Positions 34,122 to 42,633 of a stretch of DNA of 64,000 nucleotides are shown piece after piece. The stretch is from a virus. The stretch covers positions 1 through 64,000 of the IMG/VR virus record IMGVR_UViG_3300032214_000528; one strand, given 5' to 3'. The notes under the pieces are model-generated. The model was not told where the DNA came from and searched no databases. It worked only from the letters and a program-made list of their open reading frames with translations. Position 1 is the stretch's first letter. Every line of letters starts with the position of its first letter. The position numbers and the translations under genes are program-made.

Positions 34122-34333
34122 ACAATCTTCCTAACGTCAAAGTCAGTGTGTCGTTTAATGTATCTAACAGCAAGACTCAAGATGACAATGTCATCAAGGT
34201 GTCCTATTACAGGGATAAAGTCTGGGATTAAATCGATAGGGTTGAGTAGATAAAGACCAGTTAAAACAATAACTATCTTCACCCTCATCGGGGTATCTAT
34301 CGATCTAACCTTCGACCACATCTGTCTAATCAA
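34118..34333 (-). CDS. YkvA/DUF1232 family membrane protein
   Basis: YLLNPIDLIPDFIPVIGHLDD motif. Confidence 0.85.
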   Translation of the reverse strand: MIRQMWSKVRSIDTPMRVKIVIVLTGLYLLNPIDLIPDFIPVIGHLDDIVILSLAVRYIKRHTDFDVRKIV

Positions 34334-35040
34334 GGAGCTACTCTTCCATTCTTAACGAAGGAATCGTAGGTAAGAGGCATAATCTCTTTGAAGATCTGCT
34401 CATACTTTTCAGCAACCATCTCGATCTCTCTTTGAGGGTAGCTTGGGAAGTGTGATCCTTCAGCAGTCATTCTTAAAGATAAGAAGTCCATTAAAGCTCT
34501 GGCATTCATAGTCACATAGGCGGAAGAGTAGATATTGACTGGGAGAACTCCTCTAGCAACTTCCCTAGCAACACCTGCTGCTAGCATGTCCATGTAGTTG
34601 GCATAAGCCTCTTTACAGGTTCTTCTATATGAAACCAAGGTAATAGCCATTTGTTCTGCACTGCCATCTTCAAATGTATAAGCTCCAGTCTTACCAACTT
34701 GGACCAGTTTGCGATCTGGACTCGGAACATAGAACTCTGGTTCCAAGACTCGATAGCGACCTGACTCTTCGTTGTAAGAAGCCATTCGATGGCGCATATG
34801 TTCACGCCAAACAAAGATGGGAGCTTTGACATAGAAGGTAAAGACAGAGTGCTCAAAGGGAGAGCCATGACGCTCTCTGGCTAAGAAGTTAATCAAGCCA
34901 GCAAGTTTCTCGTTCCCCTCAGTTGAGTTAAACGATCTTTCCCCTTGGGTAGATACCTTTGCAGCAAAAGCAACATCGTTATCTGAGGCACTGTGTTTTA
35001 CCAATTCGACAACTACATCTGATCGAAAGGTGAGGTCCAA
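34330..35040 (-). CDS. thyX: FAD-dependent thymidylate synthase
   Basis: HGSPFEH, ThyX signature RHRMASYNEESGRY, AREVARGVLP, and PQREI. Confidence 0.95.
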   Translation of the reverse strand: MDLTFRSDVVVELVKHSASDNDVAFAAKVSTQGERSFNSTEGNEKLAGLINFLARERHGSPFEHSVFTFYVKAPIFVWREHMRHRMASYNEESGRYRVLEPEFYVPSPDRKLVQVGKTGAYTFEDGSAEQMAITLVSYRRTCKEAYANYMDMLAAGVAREVARGVLPVNIYSSAYVTMNARALMDFLSLRMTAEGSHFPSYPQREIEMVAEKYEQIFKEIMPLTYDSFVKNGRVAP

Positions 35041-35253
35041 TTACTCCCCAGTCTTAACAGAACGAAGCTTTGCCTTTGCCTTGGCTTTTGCTGCTGCCTC
35101 ATCGCTTTTCTTGAAGAAGGTCATTGAAGCCTTAACAATAGCCAAAAAAGCAGCAAAAGTGATGATGCAGATGATTGCTACCAAAATCCAGCCAACTGCC
35201 CATAGTGAGATCTGAAATGCCAATTCGAATGGCAGTTTCCAATTGATGTCCAT
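35041..35253 (-). CDS. Small membrane protein
   Basis: One long hydrophobic segment with a basic tail. Confidence 0.6.
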   Translation of the reverse strand: MDINWKLPFELAFQISLWAVGWILVAIICIITFAAFLAIVKASMTFFKKSDEAAAKAKAKAKLRSVKTGE

Positions 35254-35365
35254 ATTTCCTCGTTTCTGGGGTAATTCCCCGTGTAAATAAGCCTACCATA
35301 TGTACAGACTTAGACTTAACTATGTACAGTTTTTAGGGCTGTTTTATAAGCTTCACATGCCTTTT

Positions 35366-35512
35366 TCAGCCTATAGATCGTACAATCATTACCTTTTCCC
35401 AAGCGGCGCCACAGGCGTAGCACCAGTCGTCCTTATCTAGGAACATTTTGTTGTTTACAACGCCTCTAGCACTTGAAGGGCATTCAGAGCAGAAATAAGA
35501 AAACTGGATCAC
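35366..35512 (-). CDS. Small CxxC...CxxC zinc-finger protein (48 aa)
   Basis: Manual read from GTG: MIQFSYFCSECPSSARG...WCYACGAAWEKVMIVRSIG*. 4-nt overlap with the upstream gene. Confidence 0.55.
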   Translation of the reverse strand: MIQFSYFCSECPSSARGVVNNKMFLDKDDWCYACGAAWEKVMIVRSIG

Positions 35513-35754
35513 TCTAACTCCTTCTCGATAGCCTGAATAGTTGGGCAGGGATACATTTGGCTAAATCCATTACTAGAACACTCTTTACATTGTTCTTCCC
35601 ATAATTCATTTTCTTCACCATCATACCCACCAGTAAACCCTAGAACTGGCTTATGCAATTCCACTACTGCACGAAGGGCAGGGTAAAACTTCCAATTGAC
35701 TGTATCATCGCCGCTTAACTCAATGATTCGTAAAGTTAACTCACTTTGGGTCAT
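35509..35754 (-). CDS. Hypothetical protein, ALRAVVELHKP...CxxC...YPCPT type
   Basis: The track ORF begins at 35826, but ATG 35754 has a GGAGG RBS and avoids overlapping the 39-aa ORF upstream. Confidence 0.65.
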   Translation of the reverse strand: MTQSELTLRIIELSGDDTVNWKFYPALRAVVELHKPVLGFTGGYDGEENELWEEQCKECSSNGFSQMYPCPTIQAIEKELE

Positions 35755-35860
35755 GCATTGTCCTCCAGTTTCTACCAAAGGCGATATAACACCCGACTCG
35801 GTTAAACCAATCTTCTTGATCTGCAATAAACCAAAATGGCTTGGCTAGTAACTTTCTCAT
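35741..35860 (-). CDS. Small hypothetical protein (39 aa)
   Basis: Manual read: MRKLLAKPFWFIADQEDWFNRVGCYIAFGRNWRTMHDPK*. ATGA overlap with 35857..36126. Confidence 0.4.
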   Translation of the reverse strand: MRKLLAKPFWFIADQEDWFNRVGCYIAFGRNWRTMHDPK

Positions 35861-36126
35861 TCGTCATCTCCCAAAAGCTCTCTCATAGCAGCAAGTGTGG
35901 TCTTGTTTGGTTTATTAATTGGACCTGCTCCAAAGTCTGAAATTACATGATAAGCAGTTTCTACATAAGAAAGAGTGTTAGAGATTAGATCCTCTGGGTG
36001 AGAGAGTTCACTAGTCCAACTACCTTGAAGATGCGCCTTCAAGCCGGGGATAAGCCTGTCCACGAACTCGTCAGGGGTCATATAACCTCTAGCCTTAAGT
36101 TCTTTATCAGTTGGTTGCTTTTTCAT
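35857..36126 (-). CDS. Hypothetical protein
   Basis: ORF coupled within the operon. Confidence 0.6.
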   Translation of the reverse strand: MKKQPTDKELKARGYMTPDEFVDRLIPGLKAHLQGSWTSELSHPEDLISNTLSYVETAYHVISDFGAGPINKPNKTTLAAMRELLGDDE

Positions 36127-36626
36127 TCTTTATGACTCTTTTTTGCTTTATCTACAGATTCTATTTGCTTCTCCAGACAAGGTACGCAGACATTTCCATG
36201 GATAATCATGGCGCCAGCACTCACCATATACTCTGAAAATATAGAATGCCCGGAGGTAGCGCAAAAGTCACACATATCTGGTGTTTCCTTTTTTGCCTTT
36301 TTTGCTTGCTCTAGACTATCTACAGGACAGGCAAAAAGGTTTGGCATCAGCAGATGAGAATAAACTATTGATGGGGTAAATGGGTCTAGGTGTTTGCAAG
36401 CAACCACCGAGCTAATACCTTCTTCTGTGTGAGTGAACCTATACTTTTCCCCGAAATAAGTATCTAAGAAATTATATGAGTCATCTTCGCTACTATTTAT
36501 CCCTTTTCCTTTTATAGTCTCTCCAGCAGTTTCAAGAATACTCCTAGCGTGGGCAGCTGCACCTTCTATTTGATCTTTAAAAAATATATCTCTAATGCGA
36601 TCTTCACTCATTCGTCGCACCCACAA
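36123..36626 (-). CDS. Hypothetical Cys-rich protein
   Basis: ACKHL...CDFC...CVPC. The start may lie a few codons later (MSEDR). Confidence 0.6.
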   Translation of the reverse strand: MWVRRMSEDRIRDIFFKDQIEGAAAHARSILETAGETIKGKGINSSEDDSYNFLDTYFGEKYRFTHTEEGISSVVACKHLDPFTPSIVYSHLLMPNLFACPVDSLEQAKKAKKETPDMCDFCATSGHSIFSEYMVSAGAMIIHGNVCVPCLEKQIESVDKAKKSHKE

Positions 36627-36799
36627 GGTTCTGTGTAGTCAAATGTGCAAAAGTAGCATCCCATAAACTCCCCGTGGGCTTTGCAGACATAGCGAAACTG
36701 CTGGGCATCGCAGCATATATGAATATCATCCATGATGTCGTAATACTTAGTTTGATCGATAGGTCTACTCACTTGGGTGCTCCTCTCGTGTTTTGGCAT
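36608..36799 (-). CDS. Small Cys-rich protein
   Basis: CCDAQQFRYVCKAHGEFMGCYFC...PCGC. Confidence 0.55.
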   Translation of the reverse strand: MPKHERSTQVSRPIDQTKYYDIMDDIHICCDAQQFRYVCKAHGEFMGCYFCTFDYTEPCGCDE

Positions 36800-36968
36800 C
36801 TAAAATCTCTTGCTTAGTCCAATACTCTGCATAGGCATACCAATGGATAAAGTTGATGGTAATTGCCCTTGAGTAGTGGCAATAGTCAAGACCGAAGCCC
36901 CAACTATCCCAAACGCCAGCTCCGACAAGGAACCTTCCAATCTTTTTATTTCTCGTCGAGTGCAACAT
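36765..36968 (-). CDS. Hypothetical protein
   Basis: ORF in a co-oriented run. Confidence 0.5.
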   Translation of the reverse strand: MLHSTRNKKIGRFLVGAGVWDSWGFGLDYCHYSRAITINFIHWYAYAEYWTKQEILDAKTREEHPSE

Positions 36969-37000
36969 TCTTATGTCCCTTCATATGGTTGGAAAGAGTT

Positions 37001-37025
37001 AGGTGTGCAAACTGAGAGCGCACCT
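37001..37025 (-). terminator. GC hairpin, putative terminator
   Basis: AGGTGTGC-N9-GCGCACCT, an 8-bp stem in an intergenic gap. Confidence 0.4.
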
Positions 37026-37081
37026 CTATCTCTGCTTTACAAACTGGACATATAACTACCTTGTTCTTCACCTTTACTCCG

Positions 37082-37279
37082 TTACTCACCTGTATCTCCC
37101 TTACAGTCGTGTCCGTCATTGAAATAGGTATCTGTGCGACCTTTTGAGTTATACCTAAGAAAAGCTGGTCTATTCCTCTGTCTTAGGTAGCGTGGGGATC
37201 TAGTCCAATGGTTTGCTCTGCGAAGCCCTACTTCTTGCGAGCATAGTGGGCAGGTTATATTTCTTATAGTAGTTGTCAT
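37082..37279 (-). CDS. Small Zn-ribbon-like protein
   Basis: CPLC...HDC. Confidence 0.5.
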   Translation of the reverse strand: MTTTIRNITCPLCSQEVGLRRANHWTRSPRYLRQRNRPAFLRYNSKGRTDTYFNDGHDCKGDTGE

Positions 37280-37467
37280 TCTTTTTCTAACCTTACTCTA
37301 GCGTTAGACAGTAACTCTTCTAAACTTCTAGAGTCTTGATCAAAGTTTGACCAATCTTGTGCGAGAGGTGTTCCAGTAGGGATTTCTTTTTCTGGTTCTA
37401 CTACTACTGTGATGCCTTTACTCTTTCCCAAGAGATAGGCAACTGCTAAACCTAAAACCATCGTCAC
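37276..37467 (-). CDS. Small membrane-anchored protein
   Basis: N-terminal hydrophobic VLGLAVAYLLG. Confidence 0.55.
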   Translation of the reverse strand: MTMVLGLAVAYLLGKSKGITVVVEPEKEIPTGTPLAQDWSNFDQDSRSLEELLSNARVRLEKE

Positions 37468-38171
37468 TCCTTCGGGGAGGCTGTCTTACCTCCTTTTCTT
37501 ATTGTAGAGGCTGCCTTCTGCTTTTGTCTAGTGTCAAAACGTGATTTTCCGGGCGCCCGCTCCGTTAAAGGCGGGACGAGAGTGAGGGGGGAGAGGGTTG
37601 TGGGTGTGGGTGTGTTTGCCTTGCGTCTGGCTCTATATGCCCTCTGGTAGGCAGCTTTTACCTCTTTGGGGATACGAGCAACATGTTCACGATGCTGTTG
37701 CAGGTGGCAGGTCTTGCAGAGAGGGTAAGTTCTCTTTACGCCATTTCTGTCTGGGTAGGATCGGTAAGTTGTATTTTCCGGGCTTCTTGTGTGGCCGTTT
37801 TTGCAAAGTTTCTTTTCACTTGGCTTACCAACAATCTCTCCAATGGATCTGGCAATGCCTCGCTTGATGGCATCATTCTGATTTTGCTTAGGAGTTCCAA
37901 GCTCAAGGTGTTTGGGGTTAACGCAACGCTTAACATCGCAGGTATGCATAATGTGCATAGATGGGTCTGACATCTTATTTTTGTTCTTTGCCATAGCCCA
38001 AGACATCTTGTGTGCGCTTTGGATACTATTCTTTTCATAAGCAAAGCATCCATATCCTCTGCTGTTTGCTGAAGCAAGCCACAGCCAGCACTCGTCTTCG
38101 CCTCTAATATCAACCTTGTCCCAGAAGCGCTTGAGGCGGTTCTCGTCCATCTTGAGCTTGGTGACTTTCAT
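37464..38171 (-). CDS. HNH homing-type endonuclease
   Basis: RFWDKVD...CWLW...GYG...AHKMSW...HTCDVKRCVNPKHLELGT..QN, followed by CKNGH...CKTC. Confidence 0.9.
   Translation of the reverse strand: MKVTKLKMDENRLKRFWDKVDIRGEDECWLWLASANSRGYGCFAYEKNSIQSAHKMSWAMAKNKNKMSDPSMHIMHTCDVKRCVNPKHLELGTPKQNQNDAIKRGIARSIGEIVGKPSEKKLCKNGHTRSPENTTYRSYPDRNGVKRTYPLCKTCHLQQHREHVARIPKEVKAAYQRAYRARRKANTPTPTTLSPLTLVPPLTERAPGKSRFDTRQKQKAASTIRKGGKTASPKE
37544..37618. repeat. Dispersed element, copy A (25-bp core plus G-tracts and GT tail)
   Basis: ATTTTCCGGGCGCCCGCTCCGTTAA (2 mismatches to copies B/C), then GGG/GGGGGG/GGG/GGG/GGG and GTGTGTTT. Confidence 0.85.
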
Positions 38172-38662
38172 TCTTCTATTACCTTGTCAAACTTTGATCT
38201 ATTGCATTTAGCATGCATAGGACGAATATTCTCAAGGGTGTCTGTTCCACCTTTAGACATGGGTATCCAATGGTCTGTTGTAAAACTATTAGCCCACTCG
38301 GGTTGTCCGGGTCTTCTATCCGCAGAAAGATCTATTGGAGAACTACATAAGTAGCAGTCGGAGCCATAAAGATTAATGACGTCTTCCTCTTTATAAAACT
38401 CATACTTAAGTCCAAGAGATCGAGCTCTAGCTCTATGGTTTTCTCTACGTTTTCTTTCTGTAGTTTTCTTTCTTTGTGTGGGATCTAAGTAATTCTTTTG
38501 ACGCCTCTCTTTTTCTTTTTCTGGATGTTTAGCTGCTTGATTACGCCTTTGCTCAGCGCTAGCTGCTTTACAGGGAGCACATCTCTCTTCTTTATTAGCG
38601 TAATGCTTTCTATAGCCAGCCATAGTTCCGCATATGTCACGAGTTATGATAGTAGTCTCCAT
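38168..38662 (-). CDS. HNH endonuclease with N-terminal CGT..GY..H...C..C finger
   Basis: CYLC...TTDHWIPMSKGGTDTLENIRPMHAKCN. Confidence 0.9.
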   Translation of the reverse strand: METTIITRDICGTMAGYRKHYANKEERCAPCKAASAEQRRNQAAKHPEKEKERRQKNYLDPTQRKKTTERKRRENHRARARSLGLKYEFYKEEDVINLYGSDCYLCSSPIDLSADRRPGQPEWANSFTTDHWIPMSKGGTDTLENIRPMHAKCNRSKFDKVIEE

Positions 38663-38719
38663 AGAAAAAATATACCTTAACAGTCGTGAAAAAGAAAGAT
38701 CTGGTGCTAGGATTTGGGT

Positions 38720-39250
38720 ATGACAACAATTATCGGGATCCAGAAAGAGGATGGGTGCATGATTGTTGCTGACTCAAGGACTAGCGACGCTAAGGGCAGA
38801 CCTTACTCGCATCCTGATATGAAGAAGATCTCGCAGGTTGGGGAGTATCTTGTTGCTGGGTCTGGGGATGCTGATGCCTGTGACTTGATTCAATACACTT
38901 GGGAAGCCCCTGAAGTTCCAGAGGGTGTTGATCTATATCGGTTTATGATTACTGAGGTTGCTCCAAGTATTAGAAAGTGTCTTAAGGAAGCTGGGTATGA
39001 GATTCCAAAAGACGACCCTGATGCTGGGTTCTTTTTCTTGATTGCTATCCGTGGGACATTGTTTGAGGTAGATGAGAGTTATACAGTCATGCTTCGAGAT
39101 GATGGCTTCTATGGAATTGGTAGTGGATCACGCTTTGCACTCGGTGCAATGATGGCTGGTGCAGATTGGAAGGTTGCGATGGACTTGGCAGTAAAGAATG
39201 ACATCTACAGTCATCCGCCATATATTGTGATGGAGCAACTAAAAGTCTGA
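38720..39250 (+). CDS. Proteasome beta-subunit/HslV-like Ntn hydrolase
   Basis: The leaderless ATG at 38720 gives M-TTIIG (N-terminal Thr nucleophile). Also VADSRTS, KKI, VAGSGD and GIGSGS. Confidence 0.8.
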   Translation: MTTIIGIQKEDGCMIVADSRTSDAKGRPYSHPDMKKISQVGEYLVAGSGDADACDLIQYTWEAPEVPEGVDLYRFMITEVAPSIRKCLKEAGYEIPKDDPDAGFFFLIAIRGTLFEVDESYTVMLRDDGFYGIGSGSRFALGAMMAGADWKVAMDLAVKNDIYSHPPYIVMEQLKV

Positions 39251-39330
39251 TTTTCCGGGCGTCCACTCCGTTAAGAGAGGGAGGGGAGGCAGATTATCCG
39301 GGGAGGGTTGTGTGTGTGTTTTGTGTTTGG
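39250..39330. repeat. Dispersed element, copy B
   Basis: ATTTTCCGGGCGTCCACTCCGTTAA, then GGG-A-GGGG...GGGG-A-GGG and TTGTGTGTGTGTTTTG. Confidence 0.85.
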
Positions 39331-39452
39331 TCTTCTGGCACGAGCTTGTCTAGCTCTTCCCAAAGGGTTTTGATATCTAGTTGATCTAGGTGGTTTTTAT
39401 AGTCTTGTGCTTCTTGTATGGTTTTATGGTCCAGTTGTTTATCTTTGCTCAT
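39294..39452 (-). CDS. Small hypothetical protein (52 aa)
   Basis: Manual read: MSKDKQLDHKTIQEAQDYKNHLDQLDIKTLWEELDKLVPEDQTQNTHTTLPG*. Confidence 0.5.
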   Translation of the reverse strand: MSKDKQLDHKTIQEAQDYKNHLDQLDIKTLWEELDKLVPEDQTQNTHTTLPG

Positions 39453-39460
39453 CTGCTTGA

Positions 39461-40699
39461 CTAAAGTAGATCGTGCCAGCCAAGTAAGGCTCTTATGCTC
39501 ATGGTGCCAGTCATTGTTCTAAAAGATAAAACGTATACATCTGAAACTGGATTATCTGAATTAGTACGACCTAGCTGAAGATCCCAAGTGCCTAAGTTAT
39601 CTGACTCTTGTATTGCAGCAGATTGATTAGTTGCATATAAGAATTGACGACGTGTTGGTGTGCCATCTTGACTCATTGCAGTTGCAGTAACGTTGTATTC
39701 TAGATTTCCAGTGTATGGGTCTGTAACCCAAGTTCCACCTGTAACTGAGCTTGGATTCTTAACTAATGCCCAGCCGCCTTCTCCAGCATTAGATGATGCA
39801 ACATCTACATATGTAGGAAGAATTACAGAATCTGTTCTTCCAGCTTTTAAACGAATAGCGATAAGTGGGTATCTATCAGTTCCAACTGATGCTGCCTGAT
39901 CACGCCATGCAGTGTGAATAACAGCTTCTTCGTGACTATATCCTCCATTAGAAATAATGCTTACACAGATCTGCTTTAGACTACTTGAAGAAGCAGTTGC
40001 TCCCGTGTTTTCTATTTCATATCTAACTGGAAGAGATGCTGTAGTTATATAGACAGATGTAGTGGTGTTTGCGTGGTTAAAAATATGAACTGGAACAAAA
40101 TAACCATCAATTGCAAAGCCTAGTCGTACAGAACCTACACCAAGCCATTCATATTCAGACCAGAAGATTTGAGCTTTAGATAGATCAAGGACTAAATCAC
40201 TTGGGCCATCTCCATTAAGTTGATCGATATTCCACTGGGATTGTGGTACTCGTGTCTCAACTACAGCTCCAGTAATATAACTACGCTTAACAAGATAAAC
40301 ATTTAAACCATCTACTTCTAGGTAGAAACCGTTTTGGCGGGAAAAATAACCTGCTCTTTGTCTGAGGTTTGCTTTAGGTGCTGCAAAGACAAATGTCTGC
40401 ATAACTTGTAAAGACTTGCCTGGCTGGTAAGGAAATACTCTGTAGCTTTCTAAAGTAACCTTATCCCCAGAAGCAGTGTTGACGTTAAGTGAAAGACTGC
40501 TTTCATTTACTAAATATGTTACTGAACCTGCACCAGCAACTTCCTCACTAAAATCATCGTTTCTTTTATAGCGATGAGATGAGTCAAAGAGTGTGTATGG
40601 CTCAGAAGTCTTTATGCGTCCAAAAAGATCTGTGCGAAAGCTTGAGAAGCCATGCTGGGAAACGTTAGGTACATTGCCCTGTCCATTGGTATTGGCCAT
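39461..40699 (-). CDS. Beta-rich virion-structural-type protein (stand-alone paralogue of domains in 4064 and 9899)
   Basis: DLFGRIKTSEP, YQPGKS, QNGFYLEVDG, VPQSQWNID, YEWLGVGSVRLGF and LPVRYEI. Confidence 0.65.
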   Translation of the reverse strand: MANTNGQGNVPNVSQHGFSSFRTDLFGRIKTSEPYTLFDSSHRYKRNDDFSEEVAGAGSVTYLVNESSLSLNVNTASGDKVTLESYRVFPYQPGKSLQVMQTFVFAAPKANLRQRAGYFSRQNGFYLEVDGLNVYLVKRSYITGAVVETRVPQSQWNIDQLNGDGPSDLVLDLSKAQIFWSEYEWLGVGSVRLGFAIDGYFVPVHIFNHANTTTSVYITTASLPVRYEIENTGATASSSSLKQICVSIISNGGYSHEEAVIHTAWRDQAASVGTDRYPLIAIRLKAGRTDSVILPTYVDVASSNAGEGGWALVKNPSSVTGGTWVTDPYTGNLEYNVTATAMSQDGTPTRRQFLYATNQSAAIQESDNLGTWDLQLGRTNSDNPVSDVYVLSFRTMTGTMSIRALLGWHDLL

Positions 40700-40700
40700 A

Positions 40701-41012
40701 TTAGATTAAGCCAAATTCATCCATGAGGATTCCTCTTGGCTTTGCTCCTGTAATTCTCTTAGTTTCTTTTCCATCTTCAAAAACGATAATGGTTGGGATA
40801 CTGCTGATCTTAAGCTCTGCAGTCAAGCCTGAGTTCTCGTCTGCATTTACCTTATAGATAGTAATTTGTTCTGGAAAATCTTCTGCAATAGCTTCTAGTA
40901 TAGGGGCAACCATCTTGCATGGTCCACACCAGTCTGCCCAAAAGTCAACGGCGACCTTACCCTTTGAGGTTAGGACATCTGTTGCAAAATCTTTAGATGA
41001 GGTCTCTTTCAT
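40701..41012 (-). CDS. trxA: Thioredoxin
   Basis: VDFWADWCGPCK and SIPT motifs. Confidence 0.95.
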   Translation of the reverse strand: MKETSSKDFATDVLTSKGKVAVDFWADWCGPCKMVAPILEAIAEDFPEQITIYKVNADENSGLTAELKISSIPTIIVFEDGKETKRITGAKPRGILMDEFGLI

Positions 41013-41326
41013 TACTCTTCATCTTTCTTAACTCCAGCTGCAGATGTTCCATTGAGCATGAAGCCTGAGATAACACCAACGAGAAACGAAACTGTGGTTG
41101 AAAGAAGGGTAAAGAAAGCCTTATCGTTTTCAGACTGGACTTCTCCTAGTGGCTGAGTTACAAAGGTAACGGCATAAATAATTGCCATTGTTGAGCCAAA
41201 GACAGTCAGAGCAAGCATGAGGCCAACATAGAAGCGCAAGCGAGCATTGATTTCATCTGTTGTGTAGCGTGGTCGTCTACTTGGCATTTGCATTTTCTGC
41301 AGCCTCTCTTTCAGAATCTTCATCAT
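41012..41326 (-). CDS. Two-TM membrane protein
   Basis: Two hydrophobic helices. The start may be ATG 41293 or 41287. Confidence 0.65.
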   Translation of the reverse strand: MMKILKERLQKMQMPSRRPRYTTDEINARLRFYVGLMLALTVFGSTMAIIYAVTFVTQPLGEVQSENDKAFFTLLSTTVSFLVGVISGFMLNGTSAAGVKKDEE

Positions 41327-41525
41327 AAAGCGGGGTTCCCCTCATTACATCTTTAGTGCAAACTCCATATGCTTCGCAGTTAGGAGGTAGACACTCTGGG
41401 CTTTCCCAGTTGGCTGGATCCTGACATGGATAGCGATAAATGTCCTCAAAGTTGTATTTGCCACAAGAGGTAAGCGCAAGGCATAGCCCTAGTACAGCAA
41501 CAAGTTTAGCGAGTGTCCAATTCAC
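41277..41525 (-). CDS. Cys-rich lipoprotein
   Basis: Lipobox LTS-C, then RYPCQDPANW..PECLPPNCEAYGVC. Confidence 0.7.
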   Translation of the reverse strand: MNWTLAKLVAVLGLCLALTSCGKYNFEDIYRYPCQDPANWESPECLPPNCEAYGVCTKDVMRGTPLYDEDSEREAAENANAK

Positions 41526-41529
41526 CTAT

Positions 41530-41763
41530 TCATTTTACAGGAAAGTTTTCAGCGTCATCTGCAAGAAGATTGTCATAAATGTCAGAAGGAACCCTGTGAC
41601 CTGCCTCTTCGTGCTCCTTGAGGTGGTCAATCATTGCTTGAGTGTTGGTAGCGCCAAAACCAGACTGCTCCAAACGAGGGTCTAGCCAGCAAGCGCAACA
41701 GTATAAATAATCAGATGCCATGAAGACATAGACATCTGCTTCGATGAATCGTGAGTAAGCCAT
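41530..41763 (-). CDS. Small Zn-binding hypothetical protein
   Basis: Leaderless ATG 41763 lies 6 nt after TATAAT. MAYSRFIEADVYVF...CCAC...HLKEH...GH. The longer track ORF (to 41976) would overlap the divergent 41882 gene. Confidence 0.65.
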   Translation of the reverse strand: MAYSRFIEADVYVFMASDYLYCCACWLDPRLEQSGFGATNTQAMIDHLKEHEEAGHRVPSDIYDNLLADDAENFPVK

Positions 41764-41786
41764 ATAGAGATTATAGCCGAAGTTGT

Positions 41787-41862
41787 ATTTTCCGGGCGTC
41801 CACTCCGTTAACTGCAGAGGAGGGAGAAATCCGGGGAAGGGGGTTGTGTGTTTTTTGTCTTG
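41787..41862. repeat. Dispersed element, copy C
   Basis: 25-bp core identical to copy B, then GG-A-GGG...GGGG-AA-GGGGG and TTGTGTGTTTTTTG. Confidence 0.85.
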
Positions 41863-41881
41863 TTTCGTGTAGTATCTGGGT

Positions 41882-42595
41882 ATGAGTAACTTGGTTAAGT
41901 TTGTAGATAGATATGGCAATACCCCTAAGCACTTATACCCTGTACCAGCTAAGGATATTCTGCCAGACTGGTACAAGGCAACTACTAGCCACTATCAAAA
42001 CAAAAAGAAGATCTACGGAAAAGATATGACTTCTGGTTTAACATCAGGCACAGTTAAAAAATGTATTCCTGTTTTTGATGCTCTTACAGCAGGATACATC
42101 ATTGTGACAACTGTAGACATAAGTGTTACAAGCAATTATGGAGAGAGCGAGTTTACTTGGTCTTCTGAAGGAGCAGCACTAGGCACTCATCCTATAGGGC
42201 AAGCAGACCTACACCCCTATGTCAGTGGTGATAAGAGAATTATGAAATTTGCTAATCCGTGGGGGATTCAAACCCCTAAAGGATATTCCTGTCTTTTTAT
42301 CCCCCCTGTTCATAGAGAGTCTGTTTTTAAAATTCTTGAGGGGGTTGTTGATACTGATACCTATTTAAATCCTGTAGAGCTTCCTTTTGTTTTGACTGAT
42401 CGTAATTTTAACGGGATTATCCCTGCTGGAACCCCTATGGCACAAGTGATTCCTTTCAAACGGGAGTCATATAGGATGGAGATATCTTTTGCACAAGAGG
42501 ATATAGAAAAGCAAAAAGGCATCTTTAGAGATATTAGATCAACGTTTTTTAATAGCTATAAGGATAGATTTTGGTCTAAGAAGAACTACAGCTGA
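41882..42595 (+). CDS. Cys-Pro/dUTPase-like uncharacterised protein, paralogue 1 (DUF6065-like)
   Basis: TVKKCIPVFDA, PWGIQTPKGYSCLFIPP, GVVDTDTY and GTPMAQVIPFKRE. Confidence 0.7.
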   Translation: MSNLVKFVDRYGNTPKHLYPVPAKDILPDWYKATTSHYQNKKKIYGKDMTSGLTSGTVKKCIPVFDALTAGYIIVTTVDISVTSNYGESEFTWSSEGAALGTHPIGQADLHPYVSGDKRIMKFANPWGIQTPKGYSCLFIPPVHRESVFKILEGVVDTDTYLNPVELPFVLTDRNFNGIIPAGTPMAQVIPFKRESYRMEISFAQEDIEKQKGIFRDIRSTFFNSYKDRFWSKKNYS

Positions 42596-42633
42596 GAAAG
42601 TAGGAGTTTCTTATTTAGGATAGAGTTTTACCT

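Noticed and set aside
33390-34130. IS607-like transposon or invertible shufflon around the serine recombinase
   Set aside because: No N-terminal HTH, no TnpB, and no flanking inverted sites were detected.
41764-41976. N-terminal extension of the 148-aa track ORF
   Set aside because: It overlaps the divergent 41882 gene and merely translates repeat copy C. A leaderless ATG at 41763 fits better.
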